Shown: in pieces, positions 19,901-35,216 of the stretch
Layout of the letters: each line of letters starts with the position of its first letter
Numbering within the stretch: position 1 is the first letter of the stretch
From: the human T2T-CHM13v2.0 reference genome, Homo sapiens
Length of the DNA: 64,000 nucleotides
Strand: one strand, 5' to 3'
Assembly: GCF_009914755.1 (NCBI RefSeq)
Contig: NC_060931.1
Notes under the pieces: model-generated
Seen by the model: the letters and a program-made list of their open reading frames with translations, nothing else
What the model was told of the DNA's origin: nothing
Database searches by the model: none
Position numbers and translations under genes: made by a program

Positions 19901-20292
19901 TAGGGCAGTTTTTTCTTTTGACTCTTGAGTGTCACTACTAGATTATTACTGCCTTTGCTGAAATCATATTTTAGTATTATGGTTCTATAAAGCCATATTA
20001 ATATCCCATGTGTCCCTCACTTGCTAAACAGCCTAAGAATTGCTAATCAGTAATAACCGGCAAATTCTCAGGTTTCCTAGAATGAAAACTCTGGAATACA
20101 GAAAAACTTCAATTACGTTTCTATCATTTTGCATGTCTGTAGTTGCTCCACATTTGTTGGACTTTCTTATCTTTCTTGGGTGAGGCCTCTTATACAGTAC
20201 TTAGCAGAAACACTCAAGTTGATTCAAGTATAAGTCAATCACCTTGTCTTCCCTAAGAAATCTTTCTGGATGCATTTTTCTTTTTATTCTAG

Positions 20293-20418
20293 TTGATTGG
20301 TCGGCCAGCAATGATTCCATACTGGGCCTTGGGATTCCATCTGAGTCGCTATGGATACCAGAATGATGCTGAAATCTCCAGTTTGTATGATGCAATGGTG
20401 GCAGCCCAGATTCCCTAT
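20293..20418 (+). CDS. MGAM2: Exon, start of module 2 catalytic barrel
   Basis: ttctag|TTG..TAT|gtatga; 126 nt; [42 protein letters not shown]. Confidence 0.93.
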
Positions 20419-20911
20419 GTATGAAACCCTCACTCAGCCCAAGGTGTAATTAGTTACAGGAATTTGTGGCTAATTTTATATTAGAAGTGCTATGATGTTC
20501 TTATCAAAGATAACTTGATACATTCAGGCTGAATTTTTTTTCTTTGTATATACTATAATACTATGTACTTATTAAACAGAAATTAGAAAATAGGAAAATT
20601 ACAAGATGAAAAAATCCACAAATCTACCTTACCAAAGTAATCAACGTTAATAATTTGCTGGTTTATTCTTTTCCAAATTTTGGCTTATGCACAAGTCTCT
20701 GTTTTACCAAACAAGTTTCACCTAGGGTCATATGGCAATGCAGGGGACTATCCCTTTGGGCTAAAAAGAAGCAAGTTCTTTTTTTCAACTAAATATTAAT
20801 CACTTTAGTTATTATTCAACAATCATGGTTTGAGTAAGTTTCATGTGCAGAAACCTGGGTTGGTACTGCATAGAGAGGGTAGACATTCAAGAAAGCTATA
20901 GAATAATGTAG

Positions 20912-22302
<1,391 letters not shown>

Positions 22303-22715
22303 AAATCAGCCAGATTTACTGTAGAAAAAAACCCCAGATATACAATCCTGTTTGTTTCCTAGGAAAGTCCCAGTTTCTACCCTTGAACATTTCAATTAGA
22401 ACTTTGTTTGATAGACTGAGTTTGAGATTTGAAGAGTGGGAAAGACATGAATTGAGGAAAGGAAAGGGGATAGAGTTCCAATTGGGGAAACAGAAGGAGA
22501 AGGAGTGGGCACAGGTGAACTGCATGCAGGCATCAGAAAGCAATTTCAATCTGCAGAATTGAAAAGTCAGCAGAGGGAAGTAATGAGATGAGGAATGAAG
22601 AGGGGCCTGGAATGGGGCAGGCAGGCAGCAGGACCAGGGGCCTGGCAGAGCAGTTAATGTGCCCTGCAGGGCACCTACTGCAGGGTTCCAAGAGCCTTGC
22701 TGCTTCTTTCTGCAG

Positions 22716-22844
22716 GACGTCCAGCATGTAGACATCGATTACATGAACCGGAAGCTGGATTTCACCCTCAGTGCCAACTTTCAAAACCTCAGTCTTCTGA
22801 TTGAGCAAATGAAGAAAAATGGCATGAGATTTATTCTCATTTTG
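22716..22844 (+). CDS. MGAM2: Exon
   Basis: ctgcag|GAC..TTG|gtatgt; 129 nt; DVQHVDIDYMNRKLDFTLSANFQNLSLLIEQMKKNGMRFILIL. Confidence 0.93.
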
Positions 22845-24069
22845 GTATGTATTGAGACAGATCAGATCCTACTTTCTGTTTCCATATTCATGGTTCAAAA
22901 ATAGCACCATTGTGGGAAACTGGATGAAGGGTACCAGAAATGTTCCTGTACTCTGTACTTTTTGTTTTGTTTTGCAACTTCTTGTGGTGAATCTATAATT
23001 ATTATTTTTTAATTTAAAAGCAAATGAAAGAAAGAAATGAAAAGGGGCTTTTAAAAGATGATACTTTATAATATTTATTTTCCATAACTGTCACTGGAAT
23101 ATAATTATTATTCTCTTGGTAAAGTTAGAACAACTGTGGGCTGAAGCACTGAAGATAGCAAAAAAAAAAAAAGGGGGGGGCATCTCACTGTTTCAGGCTA
23201 TGTCTCAGGAGAAATAGCTGTATCTTAATCTCATCTTTACGTCAGGAGGTTCAAAAATCTCTTATGTTGTATCATCACTCAGAAATGGTAAGGCTCAGAT
23301 GACATTTCTTCCTAAACTTACAAACAATTGAGTTAAGATCCAGAATACCAATTTATTATATTACTAGGAAGCCACATCTTGACAAATGCAGAGGCAATTA
23401 CCTGCAAATGATTCTCTCTTCTAGCTTCCAAAACTTACAGCATTATTTGGTGACTTTTGCTCACTTACTAATTCACGTATTTATTGAACACAGTATTTGA
23501 AAACCACTCTTCTACAAGTTGTGTGTGTGTGTGTGAGGGTGCATGCATAGTCTAAATTAGCAAGGCAGTGCTCTTTTTCTTATAAAGTTTTTATTCTAAT
23601 GGAGGGAGACAGCCAATAAACATCTGAAAAGATAATTTCAGACAGTAGTGATTTATATGACAATTGTGAAACAGCATAATATTATAGAGAATAATTGGGG
23701 CAGGTATGGGATGGAGTGAACAGGGGAAGATATTTTAAATAGACAGATTGGGACACAGAGAGCAATAAAGAAGTTTCTTGTTTTTGAGGAACATTGCTAT
23801 TATACTCTGGAAACATGATAAATTGGCTCTCTCTGCTTGAGGATTAAGTCTTATCAATCTGGTTTATCTCCAGGAGTTGTTTCCAAACACTAGCAAAAGT
23901 TTTTCTCAAGAATTTTATGGAGAAACACCAATGCATTCTTTTTCTTCTCAACTGTCTTTGTAAAAATAGATTTCTATGTCATTGGAAAAAATCACTTATG
24001 TCATATTTAAATTCCTACAGGATTTTTTAACATCTTATTTATTTGTTTATTTAAATATTTCAGGGTTAA

Positions 24070-27000
24070 ACTTTTTTTAACTTCTATTTTAGATTCAGTG
24101 TGTACATATGTAGGTTTGTTACAAAAGTGTATTGTGTAATGCTGAGGTTTGGAGTATGTATTAGTCTGTTTTCACGCTGCCAATAAAGACATACTTGAGA
24201 TTGGGCAATTTACAAAAGAAAGATGTTTAATGGACTCACAGTTCCATATGGCTGGAGAGGCCTCACAATCATGGCAGAAGGTGAAAGGCATGTCTCTCAT
24301 GGTGGCAGACAAGAGAAGAGAGTTTGTTCAGGGAAACTCCCCTTTTTAAAACCATCAGCTCTCATGAGACTTATTTGCTATCATGAGAAGAGCAGGGAAA
24401 GACCTGCCCCCGTGATTCAATTACCTCCTACCATGTCCCTCTTACAACACATGAGAATTCAGGATGAGATTTGGGTAGGGACAGACCCAAACCATATCAG
24501 AGTATGACAGAGTATGATGGAATCCATTACCCAGATAGTGAACATAGCACCAAACAGGTAGTTTTTCAACCCTTGCCCCACTCCCTCCCTCTCCTCTCTT
24601 GTAGTCTCTAGTTTCTGTTATTCCCACCTTTATATCTATGTGTACCCAGTACTTAGCTCCCACTTATAAGTGAGAACATGTGGTATTTGCATGTCTGTTC
24701 CTGCATTAATTCACTTAGAATAATGGCCTCCAGCTACATCCATGTTGCTGCAAAGAGCATAATTTCATTCTTTTTATGGCTGTGTATTATTCCATGATAT
24801 ATATGTACCATATTTTCTTTATCCAATCCACCATAGATGGGCTCCTGGGTTGACTTCACATCTCTGCTATTGCAGATAGTGCTGTGATAGACATAGAAGT
24901 ACCTGTGTTTTTTGAGAGAATAATTTATTTTCCTTAGGGTATATACCCAGTAATGGGGTTGCTGGGTGGTATGGTAGATCAATTCTTAGTTATTTGAGAA
25001 ATCTCCAAATTGCTTTCCACTGTGCCTGAACTAATTTACATTCCCACCAACAGTGTGTAAGTGTTCTCTTTTCTCCACAGCCCCACCAACATCTATTTTT
25101 TGACTTTCCAACAAAAGCCATTCTGACTCATGTGAGATGGTATCTCTTTGTGGTTTGATTTGCATTTCTCTATTAGTTATGCTCAGCATTTTTTCAAATG
25201 TTTGTTAGCCACTTGTATGTCTTCTTTTGAGCAGTGTCTGTTCATGTCCTCTGCCTACTTTTTAATGGGATGGTTTGTTTTTGGCTTGTTGATTTAAGTT
25301 CCTTATATATTCTGGATTTTAGGCCTTTGTCAGATTCACAACTTGCTAATATTTCCTCCCATTTGGTAGGTTGTCTCATTACTCTGTTGACAGTTTCTCT
25401 TGCTGTGCAGAAGCTGTTTATTTTAATTGGATCCATTGTCAATTTTTGGTTTCATTGCAATTGCTTTTGAGGACTTTGCCATGAATTATTTGCTAAGGCC
25501 AATGTCAAGAACATTTCCTAGATTTTCTTCTAGGATTTTAATAATTTGAAGTCTGACATTTAAGTCTTTAATCTATCTTGAGTTAATTTTTGTATATAGT
25601 GAAAGGTAGGAGTCCAGTACCATTCTCTTGCATATGGTGAGCCAGTTATCCCAGCACCATTTATTAATAAAGAATTCTTTCCTTCTTGCTCATTTTTGTC
25701 AGTTTTTCTGAAGATCAGATAATAATTGTAGGTGTGTGATAGTATACGTTGAGGTTGGGTAATGTGATATCTGTAGTTTTGTTCTTCTTGCTTAGAATTG
25801 CTTTGGCTATTCAGGCTGTTTTTTGGTTCCATGTGAATTTTAGAATAGTTTTTCTAATTATGTGAAAAATGACATTTGTAGTTTAATAGATATAGCATTG
25901 AATCTATGAATTGCTTTGGTTAGCGTGGCCATTGTAATGATGTTAATTCTTCCAGTCCATGAGCATGAAATGTTTTTTCATTTGTTTGTGTCATCTCTGA
26001 TTTCCTTCAACAGTGTTTTGCACTTCTTGTAAAGTTCTTTCACCTGCTTGGTTAGATGTTTTCCTAGGTATTCTATCCTTTCTGTTGTTGTCGTAAATGG
26101 GATTGCATTCCTGATGAACTATAAAAACATTCTTGTTTTTATAGTTCTTCTAGGTGTGAAGTTGGATCGTTAATTTGAGATCTTACTAACTTGAGATTTC
26201 TAATTTGAGATTTCTCAGCTTGAACGTTATTGATGTATAGAAATGCTACTAATTTTTGTACATTAATTTTGTATCTTGAAACTTTACTGAAGTTGTTTAT
26301 CGGTTCTAGGAGCCTGTTGGCAAAGTGTTTAGGGTTTTCTAGGTATGGAATCATGTCATCCTTGGAGAGAGAGAGTTTGACTTCTTCTTTTCCTGTGTGG
26401 ATGCATTTAATTTTTTTCTCTTGCCTGATTGCTCTGGCTAGGACTTTCAGTACTATGTTAAATAGGAGTGATGAGAGGGGGCATCCTTGCCATGCTCCAG
26501 TTCTCAAGAAGAATGCTTCCAGCTTTTTCCCATTCAGTATGATGTTGGCTGTGGGTTTGTCAGAGATAGCTCTTATTATTTTGAGGTACTTCCCTTTGAT
26601 GCCTAATTTCTTAAGGGTTTTATCATGAAGGATGTTGGATTTTATCAAAAGCTCTTTCTACATCTATTGAAATTATCATATGGCTTTTGTTTTTAATTCT
26701 GTTTATATGGCGAATCACATTTATTGATTTGCCTATGTTGAGCCAACCTTGCGTCTCAGGGTTATGGAGGAAAGCCTACTTGAACATGGTCAGTTAACTT
26801 TTTGATGTGCTCCTGGGTTTGGTTTGTTAGTCTTTTGTTGAGGATTTTTGCATCTATGTTCATCAGGGATATCAGCCTGAAGTTTTCTTTCTTTATTGTC
26901 TCTGCCAGATATTGATATCAGGATGATGTTGGCTTTGTATAATCAGTTAGGGAGGCATCCCTCCTCAAGTCTTTTGGAATAATTTCAGTAGGATTGGAAC

Positions 27001-29990
27001 CAGCTCTTTGTACATCTAGTAGGATTTTATTATGAATCCATTTGGTTAAGGACTTTTTTTTGGTTGGTGGGCTTTTTATTGCTGATACAATTTTAGAATT
27101 TATTATTGATCTGTTTATGGTGTTATTTCCTTTCTGGTTCAGTCTTGGGAGGTTGTGTGTTTCTAGGAATTTATTCATTTCCTCTAGATTTTCTAGTTTG
27201 TGTGCATAGAAATGTTCATAAAAATCTCTAAGGATATTCTGTATATTTGTGTGATTGGGTGTAATGTCATCTTTGTCATTTATGATTATACTTATTTGTA
27301 TCTTTCTTTTTTTCTCAATCTAGCAGATGGCCTATAATCTTGTTTATCCTTTCAAAAAAACAGCTTTTGCTTTTGTTGATCTGTTGTATGGATTTTTGAA
27401 TCTCAATTTTGTTTAGCTCTGCTCTGATTATGATCATTTATTTTCTTCTGCGATCTTTGGGGTAAGTTTGTTCCTGTTTTTATAGTTCTTCTAGATGTGA
27501 AGTTGGATTGTTAATTTGAGATCTTTCTAACTTCTCGATGTAGGCACTTATGGCTATAAACTTTCCTAGTGTGTCTTAGGGATGATTATCTTGCATAATA
27601 TTTCATAGGGATTCTCTGAATTTCTTAAATTCACATGTTGAACTCTCTAGCAAGAATGGGGAAATTTTCATGGACAATATCTTCAAATATGCTTTCCAAA
27701 TAATTTTTTGTTTCCCCTTCTCTCTCAGGAATGCCAATGAGTCATAGATTTGGCCTCTTTACATAATTCTATATTTCTCAGAGGTTTTGTTCATTTTTAA
27801 AAATTATTTTTAAAAAATTTTTTTCTGACTGGGTTGTTTAGAAGGGACTTGTCTTTGAGTTCTGAGATTCTTTCCTCAGCTTGGTCTATTCTGTTGTTAA
27901 TACTTGCAATTGTGTTATAATTTTTTGTTTTAATCCCAGAAGTTGAGTTTAGGAAGTTCAGTTTAGCCATTCAGTTAAAATGGCTGTGTTATCTTTCACC
28001 TCTTGGATCATTTTACTGGCTTCTTTGAATTGAGTTTCAACATTCTCCTGAATCTTGTTGAGTGTCCTTGTCATACAGGTTTTGAATTCTGTATCTGTCA
28101 CTTAGGCCACTTCAGTCTGGTTAGAAACCATTGCTGGGGAGCTAGTAAAATTGTTTGGCAGTCAGAAGATACTCTGACTTTTTGAATTGCTAGGGTTCTT
28201 GTGCTGATTCTTTCTCATCTGAGAGGGCAGATGTTCCTTTATCTTTTTGAAGTCGCTGTCTTTTGGATATGGCTTTTTGTTTTTATAGTCTTTATTTTCC
28301 TTGAGGGTTTGACTGTGGTGTATGTTGAGTATAGTTGATTGGCTTCATTTCTGGGTGCTTTCAGAGGCCCAAGGCTCTTTAAGAGATATTTATCTGTGGC
28401 TGAATTCCTGCATTGGGTTTCACAGGCACCCTTTTTGTTTGGTGGTGTAATTTAGGCTGCGATACAGTAGATGGTGTTTAAGAGTAAGGGCCAGAAGATA
28501 GCCTCTTATTCAGCTGCAGGCCTCTTTCATATTTCAGCACAGTTGCAGTAGTGCTATGGGGTGGGGGAGATGGGGGATCCAGAGATGGCCCCCTTCCCAA
28601 GTCCATTTTTGGTGCTTGAGGGAGCCTCCTCTAATCACTGATATCATGCCTATGTTTCCTTAGCCCCAAGGGCGTCCCTGACAGGCTGTGCTCTTCCCTC
28701 TTAGGGACAGCCTGAGCCAAAGGTCAAGTCACCATGAGACCTGCAGCTCCCTGTTGGTCCTCTGTACTTGGCAGAGTCAGAGTGGGTTGTGGGGTATGTC
28801 TGGGGGTGATCTGTTGACGCAGTGGGTCAAGGGCAGAAGATCCCCAGGCACTGCAGTGTTGCCGTAGGGGTGCAGCTGATATGGTGCCATGATCCAGTAT
28901 TTTCTGCACAGCAAATGGCTTTGGGGCCCTCTCAGCTTGCTCTCCCCCAACTGAGTCTCCTTCCAATGTCTGCTCTAGTAGCTGCCCTGACAAGCTAGTT
29001 TTGTCCCAAACCTTTTGCACCCAGATTGTTGGTCTGTTGGATGTTCTGAGCTATGGAGCTCCCTTGGGCAGAGTCTGTGGCTGGTAAACAGGCTACATCC
29101 TTCCCAGACCAGTCTGGCAGAGGGAGGCATGCCCAACTCCCACACCAGCACACAAGCCCATACCTCACTCTTCTCAGTGTTCTGAGAGTGGGGCTCCTCC
29201 CCTACTCAAGCCTCAGCCGCAGATCTCAGCTAGATAATCCTGATTTGTGTGCTTAAACCCTGGTGGGTTGGTACTGGGCCTGCAGCTTTGTTTTCTGGCC
29301 TTAGGGTCCAGCACTGGCTCTGCTGGGGGTCAGAGTACTTCCAGGCCACCAGCAAAGCACTCAGGTGGGGCAGTGGAGGCTGTGCTGTGTGCATTCTCTT
29401 TTGGGAGCAGCCAAGCAGTGGCCTTGGAAGGGGCTGGCAGACGGGTGGCATGCAGATCAGATGCACCCTTGTTCTGTAGGAAAGACAACGCTGCTGTCTC
29501 CCAGCTCAGCTGTCAGCAGGGGCTAGAGCCACTCAGAGCAAGATGGAGAGCCTTTGCAGATGGGTCCTCATGGTCGTGTTTTGCTGCAGATGCCCTGTAT
29601 GCAGAACCTTCTCGTCTCCGCACAGGCTTGAGCTCTGCCTCTGCCTACTCTCCAGGCAGTTTCTCTTGCCAATTCAAATGTCTATGGTGTTTGTGGGGTC
29701 TGTTGTAGCTAGGATCCCAGATGTCTGCAGTGCAAGTTTCCCTTCACTCACTCCTTCCTTGGGACCTGTTCAGTGCCAGGAGCTGGTCCCGGCACTCAGC
29801 AACTCTATGTGGGATTTCCAGCTTTCTCCCTCTTACACCTCAGTGTTTGCATTGCCTCTCTATAGACTGGCAGTGTTATCTTTCAAAAGCTCTGTTTGAA
29901 GTGTAATGGTTTACTCAGTATTTTGGTTTTTCTCCATGGGAGAGGTGCTTCCCAGCCGCATCTAGCTGGCCATATTGTCCCCTTTCCTCT
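24070..29990 (-). mobile_element. Long antisense L1 (older L1PA/L1PB type) retaining 5'UTR, with internal deletions
   Basis: 3' end near 24070 (gctgaggtttggagtatg); RT-like ORFs at 26139-26648 and 26918-27178; ORF1 remnants about 27570-28300; GC-richer 5'UTR about 28400-29990. Confidence 0.9.
24157..24499. mobile_element. THE1 solo LTR nested in L1 3' end
   Basis: TGtattagtctgttttcacgctgc...ccaaaccatatCA with 5-bp TSD gagta (24152-24156, 24500-24504). Confidence 0.92.
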
Positions 29991-30329
29991 CATTTTATTA
30001 CTTACAGGTTGGGGTGGTAACTTTTTGTAGTATAGAAAGGCTCCTTCATTTGTTGGCACAGATTCTTATACCCTTTGAAAGAGATTACCCCTCATAAGGG
30101 TTTTATATCTTACTTTGAGTACTCATGGCACCATCCCTTTTCAATTGGCTATGGTAATATATGCAGTAAGACATAAGGCAAATTATCAATGATTTTTATT
30201 TTATTTCATTTTATTTTTGGTATTGAGATTCACCATTTCCTTCTGCACTATGAACTACTAAATTTTTGGAGAGAAATTTTCTTAGAGATGTTTTCCTCAC
30301 ATTTGCTGTTTGAAATTCTTTTACTGCAG

Positions 30330-30437
30330 GACCCAGCCATTTCTGGCAATGAGACACAGTATCTCCCATTCATTAGAGGACAGGAAAATAACGTGTTCAT
30401 CAAATGGCCTGACACCAATGACATTGTCTGGGGAAAG
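30330..30437 (+). CDS. MGAM2: Exon
   Basis: ctgcag|GAC..AAG|gtaagg; 108 nt; [36 protein letters not shown]. Confidence 0.93.
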
Positions 30438-31012
30438 GTAAGGCTTGGGGAAGATGCTTACAGTTAATTAACATTACAATGTCTTGAAATAAAACAGCTC
30501 TCAATACACATTGGAAAATATATTGGACAATCAATAAATTATGAATGAGTAGAAATCTGTCCGATGCTGATTAGCTCAATAAGCATTAATAAGACCAAGG
30601 TTACAAATCTCATCCTCTATTATTATTGAGCACTGTCTATTGCCTGGAAATACTCTGATGTCCCCACTCTTTATTTATTCCACATGGTCATTAACAAACA
30701 TTAAGAATCCCTTTGAGAATGACACTGAAATCTGTGTCTCCCAGACACCTGCATGCAAAACATGCGTTCACCTTTGACCTATCATGCTTAATCTGCCTTC
30801 ATATCTAAATGAATCATTAAGTCCTATAGATTCTCCTCTTTCTCTTGTTTCCTTTAATTCGTCTTTATGGCTTCAATCTTCATCTTTATATGTCTGATTT
30901 TTGGCAATAGCATTTTAGGTGGACTTCAGGTGATAATAGCTTTTAGCCTAGGTTCGAATTCTTCCTTAATTATACTATGCTACTTCCTACTGCTCTGGAT
31001 GTATTCCAGGCT

Positions 31013-31378
<366 letters not shown>

Positions 31379-32142
31379 TAATATCTTCACTTCAAGATCA
31401 ACTCAAATCTTACCTCGTTTGAAGCAGTTAGTAACTATTTTAGTTTTTCCTATTTTCCCTTGTCTGTAATATTGCCTTCAGTATAGCATACAGTGTAGCA
31501 TTTATGTACTATCTGTGAACTCTTAGGAAACAAGTACTATTTCTTACTTAAATCTCAGTAAATACAGATCCTGGAAGAGTGCTTGTCATATAGGAAGTAC
31601 TTAGTAAGTGTCTGTTGATTGAATCAATTAATCAGTGTGTATATACTTAATGTCCTGGTAGTTACAGCTAAAATTAGTTGGTACTATGGATTTTTTAATG
31701 CTACATATACTTGGAGTCCGCTATAAGTCACGATAGTGCTTAAAAGTATTGAGGTGAGGTGTATGGGTTATGAATGGAAATCAATCTTATTTCTTTAGAG
31801 TCACACTTCATACTTATTATGAATTTTGTTATAGGTCTGTGACAAGGAGATCAGAGATCTGAGAAATCACTCGAAAGTTGGTTGTTCAGAGGATATGTTT
31901 AAAAGAAATTCAGTTAATTATTAAATTCAAAAATAGAATTTTGAAAACATAGAATGAATCAAGAGACCCAGCCTACTTTCACCTAATGTAATTTTGTAGA
32001 TTCAGCCTTTACAGTTTAATTTATGGCAAAGATTCCCAAGCGTTTCATGGAGATGCCTGTCATCAGAGTCTAACACATGAAATATCTCATAGTCTGTATG
32101 CAAGGATCTGTAAAGGTTTTAATTGCCCTTCTTTTTCTCTAG

Positions 32143-32205
32143 GTTTGGCCAGATCTGCCTAATGTAATTGTAGATGGATCCCTTGACCATGAAACTCAGG
32201 TTAAG
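32143..32205 (+). CDS. MGAM2: Exon encoding VWP plus the C-module-specific active-site insertion
   Basis: ctctag|GTT..AAG|gtacag; 63 nt; VWPDLPNVIVDGSLDHETQVK. Confidence 0.9.
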
Positions 32206-33054
32206 GTACAGTTGTATATAGATTTTTGTCAACATTGCCCTAAACATCTGGATATTTACATTTTTTATCCTGATGAATAAGTAGCTAACCCTTCAGTTAA
32301 GTAGCCCTAACTTGAGGGTGCTTATCCACTGTTAGTTTCTTGGCAGAAAGAGATCCTCGAGTGGAAAGCTCAACAAACAGCGAACATGGAAATGTGTAGA
32401 AGGAAATCATCAATGAAATCCTCTCATAAGTGTGATTTTAATGGGCTGTGATTTGTTTGAACTTTATGACGCTTGAAAAATAATGAACCAAAGTCTAGCA
32501 TTTTCTCACTAGAGGGGAATCCATTATGAACAGACTGGATTTTAATAAATTATCTGCATACAAAAGAAAATACAAGTCAGCTGAATGAAGGAAAGTTGTT
32601 AATCTCAGCCTGGTCATCTAGCATCCCCTCTACTCTGGAGTTCACTTGCCCCTGGATGACAGTCCTCCTTCATCTCATTTGAATAGTCTGGAAAAAGCTT
32701 TTGCTAATATCACACTGATATTTAAGTAAAAAAAAAAAAGAAAAAGTATTTGCATCTCTAAAGTTCAATTGTTCAGACACTGTTAATTTTCCAGTCTTGT
32801 GATTACATGTCCAGTTATTAAACAAATCCTGTATTTGAAAGGGATTATAAAGCTATCTAACCTTCTTCTAAGAAAATAAAGAATGAAGTCAGCCTTCCCC
32901 AATCTCTGCTTCTGTTGTAAACTCTGCAACAGCAGCAGATCTGAGATTAGAGCAGAGACTGATCTGGGCAGGCACAAATTCCTGTTCATCTCCCATTTGT
33001 GGTCTCCTGTATAGGCTGAGACCCCGACAATGAGAGTGTGTGTTATTCTTACAG

Positions 33055-33189
33055 CTTTACAGGGCCTACGTTGCCTTTCCTGACTTCTTTCGTAATAGCA
33101 CAGCTGCGTGGTGGAAGAAAGAGATAGAAGAGCTCTATGCAAACCCTCGAGAGCCAGAGAAGAGCTTGAAGTTTGATGGATTGTGGATT
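33055..33189 (+). CDS. MGAM2: Exon ending in WI of the WIDMNE motif
   Basis: ttacag|CTT..ATT|gtaagt; 135 nt; [45 protein letters not shown]. Confidence 0.93.
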
Positions 33190-34607
33190 GTAAGTGCACC
33201 CTTGGTTGTCTTTTTTTTTTTTTTGGAAATGTTAGCAAGTCAAAACATGGGGAGGAGAGACTAGCAAAGCAGAGACATAGGGCTGAAGAGATGAAAGGGA
33301 GAATCTAGGTGCTGTTACAGAATCTAGGTGCTAGGACCAAGAGAAGCAGAGATCATTGCTGATCTGCCCAGGGACATATTGTCTGGTGGATGTTGGAGCC
33401 CACAGAGGAGACTGCTACTGCTGGAGATGCCAGAGCAAAAGAGAAAGGGAGAAATCACCTCCCATCTCCAATCTCTTGCCAATATCACCCACTGGCCAAA
33501 TCTACCTGAAAGCTTATTGTAAGGGAGTCTTACAGGGCAGAGCTGGGAGTGGGTGAGGCATGGAGTTGAGAGCAAGTAGACGTTTGCCATAGTACTGGGG
33601 CAGACAACTCTGAGGGAATGGCTTAAAGGGCCTGTTCAGATGTTTGCTGTAAATGCCAGTTGGCCTTAAAAGCAGGACTTCCTGAGATGTCCCTGGGATA
33701 TATGTCCAAGGGCAGCTCTATCTATGTTTTCCTCTGTCCTGATTTCCTTCCCCACTGTCCAGTGGCCTGAAATCTTAAGCAAGCTCTAGGCCAGCTCTGA
33801 AGAGCTATTCAGCTCTGGGTCAGACTGGAAGAAGTCTGTGATTCACTCCAGAGACAAAAGTCCACTGAAAACACAGGGGCCTCCCTGACCACCCGCACCT
33901 TTGAGATAGTTAGGCACAGAATAGACATGTGAAAGGACACAAATTAACTCAAACAGGCAAATCAGACAGTGGAGAGTTGTGGGCAGCTTTGAGAATAAGA
34001 GATGCTGATAGCTCTGGGGTAGTATTTTTTTTTTTTTTCCAATGGAGGGAAAGCTGTAGCTGGGTAATTCAAAGTAATGAATAGTTCCTCAAGTACTTTC
34101 ATTTGCCTTTAGTATGTCCTATTTAAAATAGTCTGGCTTTCGAAAATTTAACTTTTCCATTGTCAGAGTGCACAGTGAACATTCCCTTAGGAGCCCCTAC
34201 TCCTTGCATTTAAGTAACAAATTCCCCAAAGTATGTTTTTATTTCCAAACTTGTTTCTGAGTTACATATAACTTTTTAGAAATATATTTATAGCAGAAAG
34301 TGAGATAACTCTCCTTGTGTTTGGCCTATGCCAATATCAGAATTAGTCCAAGCAACTGGACTAAGAAAAAATAGAGGAAGATAATAGTAACCTCTGGCCA
34401 TAGACTAAAAAGTGAATAATCCATGCGTAGTAAAACAAGATGGGCTACCTCTGTTGGGGAGTTGTATCAAGGGGAGTTGTATCAAGAGATTTCCTTAGGT
34501 CCTGTGTCCAGCATTACCTCACTATTTTTGCCACTGTAAAACAATCCTTGTAAGTTTTAAAATGCCAGGTAAGCAAGGAGTTTAGCACTCCACTTTGGCC
34601 GATATAA

Positions 34608-34692
34608 ATTTTTAGAGTCCATTTGGGTCAATGCCAGGGATTACACTACACATTTTTAGAGTCCATTTGGGTCAGTGCCAGGAATTAAACAC
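34608..34692. repeat. Two-copy 44-bp tandem duplication
   Basis: atttttagagtccatttgggtca(a/g)tgccagg(g/a)atta at 34608 and 34652. Confidence 0.9.
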
Positions 34693-34743
34693 AGTGAACT
34701 AAACCACCAGCTGAGCTGAGGGCTTCAAAAGTCATCTCCCTGA

Positions 34744-34905
<162 letters not shown>

Positions 34906-35173
34906 TAAAATAATTACTTCATCAACTTACTTTCCTACTCAAAGACTCCAAAAGTTTTCCTTTTACTGTCAAAGTGAAGCCTAATGTTGAAGACAGAAAC
35001 CATTCTCCAACATGACATGAAATCCCAAGTAAGATAACCTTGAATAAGTGCAGCTAAACTAATCAAGCAAGAAATAATGACATGATGTGGTGTGAAAGAA
35101 ACCAAACGATGCATGGTACATTTGATTCCATTGATAACTATGAACAGATTGCTAAAATTTTAAATAAACCCTT

Positions 35174-35175
<2 letters not shown>

Positions 35176-35213
<38 letters not shown>
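35176..35213. repeat. (AC)n microsatellite
   Basis: About 19 AC units. Confidence 0.95.

Positions 35214-35216
<3 letters not shown>

Noticed and set aside
28724-29906. Cluster of overlapping ORFs up to 153 aa in GC-richer DNA; likewise 56918-58338
   Set aside because: These are L1 5'UTRs, where higher GC content lowers stop frequency.
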